A DNA stretch of 32,000 nucleotides from Hallerella sp. Lineage in GTDB: Bacteria > Fibrobacterota > Fibrobacteria > Fibrobacterales > Fibrobacteraceae. The stretch spans positions 2,155-34,154 of the forward strand of contig JBNMGX010000004.1 of NCBI GenBank assembly GCA_050872465.1, in the 5' to 3' direction. The notes under the pieces were generated by a model that made no database searches, was not told the DNA's origin, and worked only from the letters and a program-made list of their open reading frames with translations. Shown here one piece after another: positions 25,155-32,000 of this stretch. A program made the translations under genes and the position numbers. Every line of letters begins with the position of its first letter. Within the stretch, counting starts at the first letter, position 1.

Positions 25155-25757
25155 TCAACGTAAATACGGATTGCATCCTTTAAGCCATTCTTCAAAAATT
25201 ATATAGTGTCTTTCGTCATTATTCACCCACAGAGCATTTCGGCCTTTATCTGTTTTAGTTTCAGAAATATAAGGATATATCCCTAAATATTCTTGTCCCC
25301 GATAAACATCACTTTCATATACCTCTCTTGTTAAAGGGCATACAGCAACTCTATCTTTTAATCCATCCATTAATCCTAATTCCCAAGGCATCCACTTTGA
25401 TTGTGGAGCATTCTCTGATGTTACATAAAAAAGACATTTACAATTTCTCATTCGAAATTTTATAGTCTTCGCCGTTTCCTTTGTCACACGAAAACGATTC
25501 AAGTTTTGGTCTTCTATCCAGTCAACATATATTTCGTAATGATATTGTCTTTTCAAATATTTTACCAATCCTGCAACAGCCACTCGATCCTTATAACTAT
25601 GAGACAGAAAAATGTCATATTTTTTCTTTTCATCATACCGAGAGAAACATTTCATTTCCGATTCTAATAATACAGCCTCATCAATAGCGTATTTTGATGC
25701 AACAACGCGATTTTCTCGAGCAATAGACTCAAATCGATCAATATTAAATAAAGCCAT
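25155..25757 (-). CDS. TIR-domain protein
   Basis: 200 aa with YDIFLSHSYKDRVAVAGLVKYLK (beta-A/alpha-A), YEIYVDW (beta-B), CLFYVTSENAPQSKWMPWELG (beta-C plus the catalytic-Glu helix W-x-x-E). Confidence 0.8.
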   Translation of the reverse strand: MALFNIDRFESIARENRVVASKYAIDEAVLLESEMKCFSRYDEKKKYDIFLSHSYKDRVAVAGLVKYLKRQYHYEIYVDWIEDQNLNRFRVTKETAKTIKFRMRNCKCLFYVTSENAPQSKWMPWELGLMDGLKDRVAVCPLTREVYESDVYRGQEYLGIYPYISETKTDKGRNALWVNNDERHYIIFEEWLKGCNPYLR

Positions 25758-25760
25758 TCT

Positions 25761-26255
25761 TTAACCTCTTGCCTTAATTGCTTTTTCAACCCATTCTTCT
25801 AAATGTTCTGCAATGTCATTGTATGCATCGTTAGGATTTGGGTTATAACATGGTACCACAGAAGATAATGGATTACCATTTTCAAAGAATATTTTATTAA
25901 AGGGGTTATCACCCATATTAGAGTACCCCGAAAAACCTCGCCGACAAAACAAAGGATCTTTTATACGATGGATATATATTCCAAAAACACCCATTCCCTT
26001 ATTCCATGCTCGCCGAATTTCGTAGTCAACCCAAGGTCTTTCTGAGGTATATTCCCCCACAAGAACTATCAAACACGAGCGATACAGCATATTAGCATCA
26101 ATCCAACGACGAATGGCCTCGTCTCCGCCTCGTTTTACCATTTCCCATTCATTATCGGATACAGATTGATTTCCTTCTACGGCACCGATATTTCGCACTT
26201 GTGCTGCACGACGAGAGTCTTTTTCGTAGTGAAAACTATAAAAAACCTGACGCAT
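25761..26255 (-). CDS. TIR-like domain protein (DUF1863 / ThsB-like)
   Basis: 164 aa. The pattern VFYSFHYEKDSRRAAQVRN...CLIVLVGEYTSERPWVDYEIRRAWNKGMGVFGIYIH is characteristic of MTH538/DUF1863 TIR-like proteins, the class used by many Thoeris ThsB proteins. Confidence 0.75.
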   Translation of the reverse strand: MRQVFYSFHYEKDSRRAAQVRNIGAVEGNQSVSDNEWEMVKRGGDEAIRRWIDANMLYRSCLIVLVGEYTSERPWVDYEIRRAWNKGMGVFGIYIHRIKDPLFCRRGFSGYSNMGDNPFNKIFFENGNPLSSVVPCYNPNPNDAYNDIAEHLEEWVEKAIKARG

Positions 26256-26256
26256 T

Positions 26257-27177
26257 TTATTCCTCCTTCTTTTGACATGTTTTATATAGCCAATTTAAGG
26301 ATTCTTCCCATTTTTCTAATTTTGGATATTGCTGATTACGATTATATAAAGGTTTTAAAGCTGGAGCATAGCATCTATTTGAACAACATGATTGCCACTT
26401 TTTCAAATCACCTATGTTTAGATGAAATAGATTGTCTAAATTTACTGGATATGACACTTTAAAAGGTTCTTGATTCACGGATGCATTCACTTGACTTTCG
26501 AAAAGAGATTTACGAGGAAGTGATTTTCGAACTTTATCATTCACTCTAATTGTATCTACCGTAGCCAATTCATGAAAAATCCACGGAGAAAATGTTGTAT
26601 CAGCAGAGGCACTTAATGTTATTGATTCATCTGATTTTAGAAAAAAGAAACATTCTGTAGAATCAATCATACGTGTTAGTGCATTGCACAACAGCATGTG
26701 GACATGTGCAGTGCTATAATTTCTGTCAGACGCACTATAAGTAGTCTTTAAAAATTTTCGTTTGTCATCCTTATCAATATGTTCTCCCGTCTGGGGATCA
26801 ATTCTGCAAAAATCGAAGTCAACTTCTTTTTGGAGATCACTGATACACCCCCATAAATCAGAGTCAATAAAGGAATTTATTTCAAAATTTGATTTCAACC
26901 AATGGGCGAATTTTCTAGCTTTATCAACATTTTGACTTGAATGAGATAAAAATACATGGCATTTTACATCAGATGGAAAGAATAGCTTTCTGATTGAGTC
27001 GCCATCTAAAATGTTAATAAATTTACCATCTTCATCTTCTCTTTCAATACAGCCATCCAATATTAAATCTTTTAGCAAGTCTTTTAGGTTATTATTTTCG
27101 TCATAAAGAGATTCAGATGATTCTTTTTCTATTAGCGAATCAATATCGTTTAAGTCAATTGCGTATGCTCTAAACAT
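26257..27177 (-). CDS. TIR-domain protein with about 70-aa N-terminal extension, an internal insertion and a C-terminal extension
   Basis: 306 aa with HVFLSHSSQNVDKARKFAHWLKSNFEINSFIDSD (beta-A/alpha-A/beta-B), ECFFFLKSDES...FSPWIFHELA (beta-C plus W-x-x-E helix). About 60 aa are inserted between beta-B and beta-C, and a roughly 100-aa C-terminal region is unassigned. Confidence 0.65.
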   Translation of the reverse strand: MFRAYAIDLNDIDSLIEKESSESLYDENNNLKDLLKDLILDGCIEREDEDGKFINILDGDSIRKLFFPSDVKCHVFLSHSSQNVDKARKFAHWLKSNFEINSFIDSDLWGCISDLQKEVDFDFCRIDPQTGEHIDKDDKRKFLKTTYSASDRNYSTAHVHMLLCNALTRMIDSTECFFFLKSDESITLSASADTTFSPWIFHELATVDTIRVNDKVRKSLPRKSLFESQVNASVNQEPFKVSYPVNLDNLFHLNIGDLKKWQSCCSNRCYAPALKPLYNRNQQYPKLEKWEESLNWLYKTCQKKEE

Positions 27178-27194
27178 CTTATAGCTCCTTAATT

Positions 27195-30100
27195 TTACCT
27201 ACTTTCCACGCTTGCGATTTCTTCTTCGCTGAAGTCGCCATACAGTTTATACACGAGGGTATTCACTTCACTTTCGAGTGCAGCGATGTCGCGCTGAGCA
27301 GCCTCTACAGCGCTTGGTTCCGCGGAGTCTGCGCCATCGGTGCTAGATTTTTTGAGGGCGATGATTTCATCGGCGAGGGTGGCGAGTTGGTGGAGGATTT
27401 CCTTGTTATCCAGGGGGATGCGGAGGTTTTCGAAGTAGGCTTTGCGGATTTCGCGAGTGCCGCCCATGAGTTCTGGGCAATTGTACCAGATCCAGAGTTT
27501 GCAAAGATTCGAATTGAATATGGCGAGGAGGGCCTTGAGAAGGTCTTCGCTAAATTCTTCGACTTCGCTTGCGCTGCGCTCAGAATGACGCATCGTAATC
27601 ATAAATGTTTTATCATTGCCGAGTGATCCTGTTTCGTCAAAGCTGAACGGGAAAACTGAGGTCATATTAGGGTAAACAATTTTTGGCTTTGCAAATTCCT
27701 TGTAATAATCTGCACCCCAACGCTGCAACGCATACCATTCGTAACGAATGCCAGTTTCTGCCTTATTTCGGGCAGAAAGTTGTTCTTTATAACCAAGCAA
27801 ATGATTGTAAATGGCTGGTTTTTGAACTTTGAATTCTGATTCAGATTGCTCTGAAGCCCCATTGATTAAAGGGTTTAAATGATTTGGGTAATGCCATGGA
27901 ACGAACAGCATATATTGATCATCCTTTTCGGTAACCCATGCTGTAACATCTCTCCCGCGAAGCAGGGGCTTTATGAGTTCTTCGCTCTTGGGATCTTCTG
28001 CAATCAATTTTTTTCTTGTTTTCTCGTCGATAAAGAAAGCCTCATTATATCCGGTTTTCAAACCGTAATTAATTGCAATCGGCATTTCCCTGAGCGGTGT
28101 TCCGTGATTCATTTTCTGCAGCACGGAATCATGGAGTTTATTGCGAATACTCCATTCCTTTTCACCAAATGTTTCGGGAGAAAGTTCAAACAATGCTGCA
28201 TTTACTTCTTTTTTAAAATCGCCAAAATAGTTCCTACTATTTAGCGTACAAGCCTGCACGGGCGTTTTTGTATCAGATTTTTGTGCGACAAAAATACATA
28301 CAATAGTCGCCGCATCAGCAAAAAATTGAATATCGCCAAAGTTCAGGATTTTCTTGAGCGAGGTCTGGCTCATAAACTCTCGCAATTCCTTGCCGTAATC
28401 CACCAGCATCCACTTGTTGGGCATGATAAAGCTGAAGTAGCCGTTCTTTTTCAAAAGGCTGTGGGCGCGTTCTACAAATAGGCAATACAGATCCGCCGAC
28501 TTGTTGTAGCAAGTGTAGCCGCGTTCGCCGTAAACGTCGCTCATGGCGCCCATGCTCTGCAACTGCACATAGGGCGGGTTCCCGATCACGGCATCGAATC
28601 CCACGAACTTTCCTTCGTCATCCAAGATTTCGGGGAACTCGAACATCCATTCCAGCGAGTTCGAAAAGTCGATGTCGCTTGCTTGCGATACGTTGCCCCA
28701 CAGGTCCACAACGGGGGGCTCCTTCAGCTGGGCCTTGAGAGCGTTGATGTTCAGGCGCAGTTGTCGCTTGTCGTAGGCGGTGCCGCCCTTCTTGTAATTC
28801 TGGACGCTTTCGCGATATTCCTTGAGCCTTGCGGCAAGCCCGCTCTTTTTGTCGGCTTTATCTCCCTTTTGCAAAAAGTTGAGAACCACGCGATTGTTTT
28901 GCACGGGGTACTTGCTCAAGAGCGAATCGCCCACCTTGATGTTGATGTCGATATTCGGGAGCGTTTCGAGGCGTTTGAAGTCGCTTTCTTCGGTGTAGTA
29001 GGCGTTCTTCAACAGTTCAATCCACAGGCGCAAACGGCAGATGTTTACGCTGTTGGGGTTCAGGTCCACGCCAAAGAGGCAATTCTCGATGATGTTCTTC
29101 TTTTCTTTGAACAGGGCTTCTTGAATGCGTTGGCGTTCTTCGTTGCCGGGCTTGTATTCAAAGGGTTCGTTGTCTTCGTCCACAACGGAGAGCTCGTCGT
29201 TGTCCACTTTCAGGCGGTAGTCGGCGCGCTTGATGCGCTTGCCCTTGGTGTCGCAGAAAATGTTCAGGTCCGATTTGATGGCGAGCATGCGGTTCAGTGC
29301 CGAAACCAAGAAATGCCCGGAACCGACGGCGATGTCGGCCACGCGCACGCTATCCACAATCTGGTTCGCGTCCTGCACGTCGTCGATTTTGTCGGCCACG
29401 TCTTCAAGGTCCTTACAATCCCAGTTCTTGACGTCGTTGAATTTTTGCACCACCGTTCTTTCGAGCACGTCTTTCGCCATGTAGTCGGTGATAAAGCCCG
29501 GGGTGTAAAAGCTGCCGTCCTTGTAGCCGTTGATCTTTTCGAAAATGAGTCCCAGCACCGACGCGTTAATGAGCGTCTTGTTGGTGTTGGTCACGCCACC
29601 TTGGGCGTCGCTTGCAAAGTTGTAGGCGTCCAGGAATCTGAAAATATATTCCAGATTTTGCATGGTGCCTTTTGCGCGTTTTCCCTTTTCGTCCTTGAGA
29701 ACGGTCTTGTTAAAAATTTCGATTTGGGCGTCGGGGATTCCGCAGATCTTGAGGCGGGATTCGTCTTCGGTGGGCTCGAAGAGCGAGCTGTTCAAATACG
29801 GCACGTTCGGGTATTTTTTTAGAACGTCCTCGTCGCGGGCGTCAATCTTTTTACCCAGGACCTTGAAAAAGAAGATGTTCAGTTCGTCGAAACTGCCGAT
29901 CTTGTCGAGGCTCATAAAGCGGTACGCAGGGTCGCCCTTTTGGTACATCAGGATCTGCGATTCCACAAGCTTTAGGAATAGCAGGCGGTTCACCCAGGTG
30001 ATGCAGAGGCGGAGCGCCATGGCTTCGCACTTTTCCGCGTCGTTTACGTCGTCTTCTAGCTGGTAGATGGCGCTTTCGAGGAGGCTTGCCTTGTCGCGGT

Positions 30101-30926
30101 TCTTGGGCTGTTTGCGGCGAATGACCTTTTTGCCGCCGTCCTTGACTTCTTCGAGGCCGATGATGTGCAGGAGTTCTGCGTAAAAGTTCTTGTCTAAGCT
30201 GTTGCTGTCGTTGGCGAAGGGCTTTGCGAGGAGCGTTTCCGGCGAAAGGAACTTGTAGAGGGCGATGAGCTTCTTTTCGTCGCTTTGCTCTGCTGCTTTT
30301 GCCGCTTCCGCTAAAGAAAAATGAACAACAGAAAATTCACAGTTGGCGAGAAAGTCGTCGATTGCCGGCTTTGCGATGTCTTTGTAAAAATCAGAGGTCT
30401 TGTTCCCGCTCATTTGTTGCGCGGTGAACTTCTGAAACTGATCGTAAATCGGATTCGATTTTTGGGCAAAGTAACGGATGAAGTCTTTTACGTCAAAAAA
30501 GTACCATTCGTCAAAATTTGAAATCATCAGGTATTTGATTTCACGATTTTCCCGACGAATGTATTCGAGCATAAAGTAGTACACCAGTTCCTGCAACGCT
30601 TTTGAATTGGGATGTTCTTTGGAAAACATCTCTGCTGTGTTGCTCGGCGACTTCATTTCGATAATGACCGCCGGCTTGGCTTTGGTGTCGTTGCCGTTGT
30701 AAATGGCGAGGTCGATCGGGTTCGTTACCTGTACGGAATAATCAGGATTGAATATCTTCTTTAAGAAGCTCCAAACTTCACCCTTGTGGTATTCTTCGTC
30801 TTGATTTTCGTTGCGCCTTTTGTACAGATTCTTCAAAGACGCAGTGAACCGCTCCATCTTTTCGAACGAAACCGGCAATTTTAAAAATGCAGAATTGACA
30901 GACTTCTTGGGCGAAATGAAGTTCAT
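27195..30926 (-). CDS. type IIG restriction-modification enzyme (PD-(D/E)XK nuclease + gamma-class N6-adenine DNA methyltransferase + TaqI/Eco57I-like C-terminal specificity domain)
   Basis: 1243 aa. The N-terminus IDLAIY...AVIIEMKSP gives D...E-x-K (ExK at 30651-30659). SAM motif I is DIAVGSGHFL (29307-29336) and catalytic motif IV is IGNPPYVQ (NPPY at 28569-28580). C-terminal GLKTGYNEAFFID...LIKPLLRGRDV and the tail LVYKLYGDFSEEEIASVE are typical of Eco57I/TaqI-like TRDs. Confidence 0.8.
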   Translation of the reverse strand: MNFISPKKSVNSAFLKLPVSFEKMERFTASLKNLYKRRNENQDEEYHKGEVWSFLKKIFNPDYSVQVTNPIDLAIYNGNDTKAKPAVIIEMKSPSNTAEMFSKEHPNSKALQELVYYFMLEYIRRENREIKYLMISNFDEWYFFDVKDFIRYFAQKSNPIYDQFQKFTAQQMSGNKTSDFYKDIAKPAIDDFLANCEFSVVHFSLAEAAKAAEQSDEKKLIALYKFLSPETLLAKPFANDSNSLDKNFYAELLHIIGLEEVKDGGKKVIRRKQPKNRDKASLLESAIYQLEDDVNDAEKCEAMALRLCITWVNRLLFLKLVESQILMYQKGDPAYRFMSLDKIGSFDELNIFFFKVLGKKIDARDEDVLKKYPNVPYLNSSLFEPTEDESRLKICGIPDAQIEIFNKTVLKDEKGKRAKGTMQNLEYIFRFLDAYNFASDAQGGVTNTNKTLINASVLGLIFEKINGYKDGSFYTPGFITDYMAKDVLERTVVQKFNDVKNWDCKDLEDVADKIDDVQDANQIVDSVRVADIAVGSGHFLVSALNRMLAIKSDLNIFCDTKGKRIKRADYRLKVDNDELSVVDEDNEPFEYKPGNEERQRIQEALFKEKKNIIENCLFGVDLNPNSVNICRLRLWIELLKNAYYTEESDFKRLETLPNIDINIKVGDSLLSKYPVQNNRVVLNFLQKGDKADKKSGLAARLKEYRESVQNYKKGGTAYDKRQLRLNINALKAQLKEPPVVDLWGNVSQASDIDFSNSLEWMFEFPEILDDEGKFVGFDAVIGNPPYVQLQSMGAMSDVYGERGYTCYNKSADLYCLFVERAHSLLKKNGYFSFIMPNKWMLVDYGKELREFMSQTSLKKILNFGDIQFFADAATIVCIFVAQKSDTKTPVQACTLNSRNYFGDFKKEVNAALFELSPETFGEKEWSIRNKLHDSVLQKMNHGTPLREMPIAINYGLKTGYNEAFFIDEKTRKKLIAEDPKSEELIKPLLRGRDVTAWVTEKDDQYMLFVPWHYPNHLNPLINGASEQSESEFKVQKPAIYNHLLGYKEQLSARNKAETGIRYEWYALQRWGADYYKEFAKPKIVYPNMTSVFPFSFDETGSLGNDKTFMITMRHSERSASEVEEFSEDLLKALLAIFNSNLCKLWIWYNCPELMGGTREIRKAYFENLRIPLDNKEILHQLATLADEIIALKKSSTDGADSAEPSAVEAAQRDIAALESEVNTLVYKLYGDFSEEEIASVESR

Positions 30927-31190
30927 GGTTCCATACTCACTTTTTGTGAAATATAAACTAAAAACGTGAGCATGGTCACGGCGTGATTGATTTTTTCAGA
31001 TTTCGTCTGCGAAGGAGACACGGTCGGAGTGATTCCCAACGGGAAAGACGGAGCGGACTGAAAACAGCTGACACTTCGCCAAAGACAAGGAAGGCGTCGT
31101 GAAATTTGTCTGCGAAAAAAACGATACGGTTACCTGGTACAAGTCGCTTTGCGGCGGAAAAAAGTCCAATTCGACAGAAAGTCCGCAGCA

Positions 31191-32000
31191 TCAAGGATTA
31201 GGCTTTTTCTTCCCGCGGCTCATCCAGCTCAGGACCAGGTTCTGCCATACGACATAAAATGTCGGGCAGAGAGCGGCCACGGGACCCGCGTAGAGCTGCG
31301 CAATCCAGATGACGAGCATCGTGTTTTTCTGGCCCATACTCTGCGAGCCTTCGATCGGGTGCGATTTCCGTTCGCAGAGCCATCCCAAAAAGAAGAGCAG
31401 CAGGCATAGTAAAAGGGAAACCAGCGCTGTCGCCTGAAAATCGCCCGCATCCCAGAGCTTTTTTACGCCCATCGCACGCACGTCAAAACTCGCCTTGGAC
31501 AGCAAAATAAAAACGTTGAAAATCCAGATGAACATCGTGTATTTCTGGAGCTTTGCAATCTTGTCGGCGACTTCCGGGTAAAAGTTTCGGAGGCCAAGCG
31601 AAATCGCTAGCGGGATCGTGATTATCGGCTGGATGGAATTGAAAATCGCCTTCGAAAGCCCCATCACGTCGAGATGTTCCATGCCGGCTGGTGGCGGACA
31701 GAAATAACCGAAGACAAGAGGAATCGAGAAGCACGCGATAACGCTTCCGACGAGAAATATCTTGAGTGCGAGAATCGGGTTCCCGCCGAGAAGCTTCGCC
31801 ATCACGGGTGCGGCATTGGCCGGCGGGCAGAGGCAAATCAGCATGCCACCGAGAACTATCGCCCGGGAAAGCCCGAAAACCTTTTCCGTTCCGAGCAAGA
31901 TTCCGCAAAGGAAAAGTCCCATCAAGAGGGCGCGCACTTCGATTTTGAACGTATAGCCGTGTTCTTGCGGCGGAACCTTCGACACAAAGGTCAGCGCCAT
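31191..32000 (-). CDS. bile acid:sodium symporter (SBF/BASS)-like membrane transporter, partial (runs off the window)
   Basis: Polytopic. CLCPPANAAPVMAKLLGGNPILAL resembles the SBF signature (PGG..SNV.T.LA.GD.ALS), and GQKNTMLVIWIA lies in the second repeat. The ATG at the window edge is probably internal, as the family is usually above 300 aa. Confidence 0.5.
   Translation of the reverse strand: MALTFVSKVPPQEHGYTFKIEVRALLMGLFLCGILLGTEKVFGLSRAIVLGGMLICLCPPANAAPVMAKLLGGNPILALKIFLVGSVIACFSIPLVFGYFCPPPAGMEHLDVMGLSKAIFNSIQPIITIPLAISLGLRNFYPEVADKIAKLQKYTMFIWIFNVFILLSKASFDVRAMGVKKLWDAGDFQATALVSLLLCLLLFFLGWLCERKSHPIEGSQSMGQKNTMLVIWIAQLYAGPVAALCPTFYVVWQNLVLSWMSRGKKKPNP

Noticed and set aside
28683-29822. 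379-aa plus-strand ORF
   Set aside because: It is antisense to the high-G+C methyltransferase core of the type IIG gene. The composition (V/F/G/A/H-rich) is typical of a shadow ORF. The minus-strand frame carries clear NPPY and SAM motifs.
27195-30926. Possible BREX PglX methyltransferase
   Set aside because: Size and the NPPY motif fit PglX. However, no BrxA/B/C, PglZ or BrxL genes are present in the window, and the N-terminus has a PD-(D/E)XK-like D...E-x-K motif. A type IIG RM enzyme is therefore the more economical call. This cannot be fully excluded without profile searches.
30998-31130. Direct repeat ATTT(C)GTCTGCGAA(G/A)... at about 31000-31015 and about 31104-31120 in the RM/transporter intergenic region
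   Set aside because: It is short and imperfect, with only two copies. It could be an operator for the RM promoter, but there is no further support, so it was not promoted to a finding.
30976-31194. 72-aa minus-strand ORF upstream of the type IIG gene
   Set aside because: It overlaps the transporter stop, has no RBS and no recognisable features. It is likely spurious.
1-32000. CRISPR arrays, tRNA/rRNA genes and sigma-54 promoters (TGGCAC-N5-TTGC)
   Set aside because: A visual scan of intergenic regions found no regularly spaced repeats, no cloverleaf-like segments and no good -24/-12 match. The closest, TGGCACCGTCAAAAAG at about 18893, lacks the TTGC element and lies inside mcrC. A proper tRNAscan, Infernal or CRISPR scan was not possible here.

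Overview
By eye (gene content and protein style only, no search run), this looks like a chromosomal segment of a Fibrobacter-like Gram-negative bacterium.

**Core region, about 1-11.2 kb (roughly 50-55% G+C in the lines I counted).**
- Minus strand: a short hpf, an Rpn/YhgA-like remnant, then rpoN, lptB, an OstA/LptA-like gene and an LptC-like gene.
- Plus strand: a GT4 glycosyltransferase, a PCMD-like secreted protein, a preQ1-I riboswitch-like element directly in front of a YhhQ/VUT queuosine-precursor transporter, and an SDR oxidoreductase.
- A convergent Ser/Cys-rich lipoprotein closes the block.

**Accessory/defence island, about 11.4-30.9 kb, with no tRNA or integrase.**
- A 1614-aa exonuclease-like/RecQ/UvrD triple-fusion helicase.
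- A zinc-ribbon/HTH/DDE-type transposase that looks 3'-truncated, and a RhuM-family gene.
- A McrBC pair that appears decayed: an in-frame TGA in mcrB and a frameshift in mcrC.
- An AbiEi/AbiEii type IV toxin-antitoxin pair and a NYN/PIN-like protein.
- A sharply AT-rich (about 27-35% G+C) operon, described below.
- A 1243-aa type IIG restriction-modification fusion enzyme.

The window ends in a partial bile-acid:sodium-symporter-like transporter.

**Best candidate for an undescribed system:** the AT-rich multi-TIR operon at 24.16-27.18 kb. It encodes three divergent TIR-domain proteins, a 3-TM protein and a truncated fourth TIR gene. It resembles a multi-ThsB Thoeris locus, but I can recognise no SIR2/SLOG, Macro, SAVED or caspase-like effector.

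No CRISPR array, rRNA or tRNA was seen.
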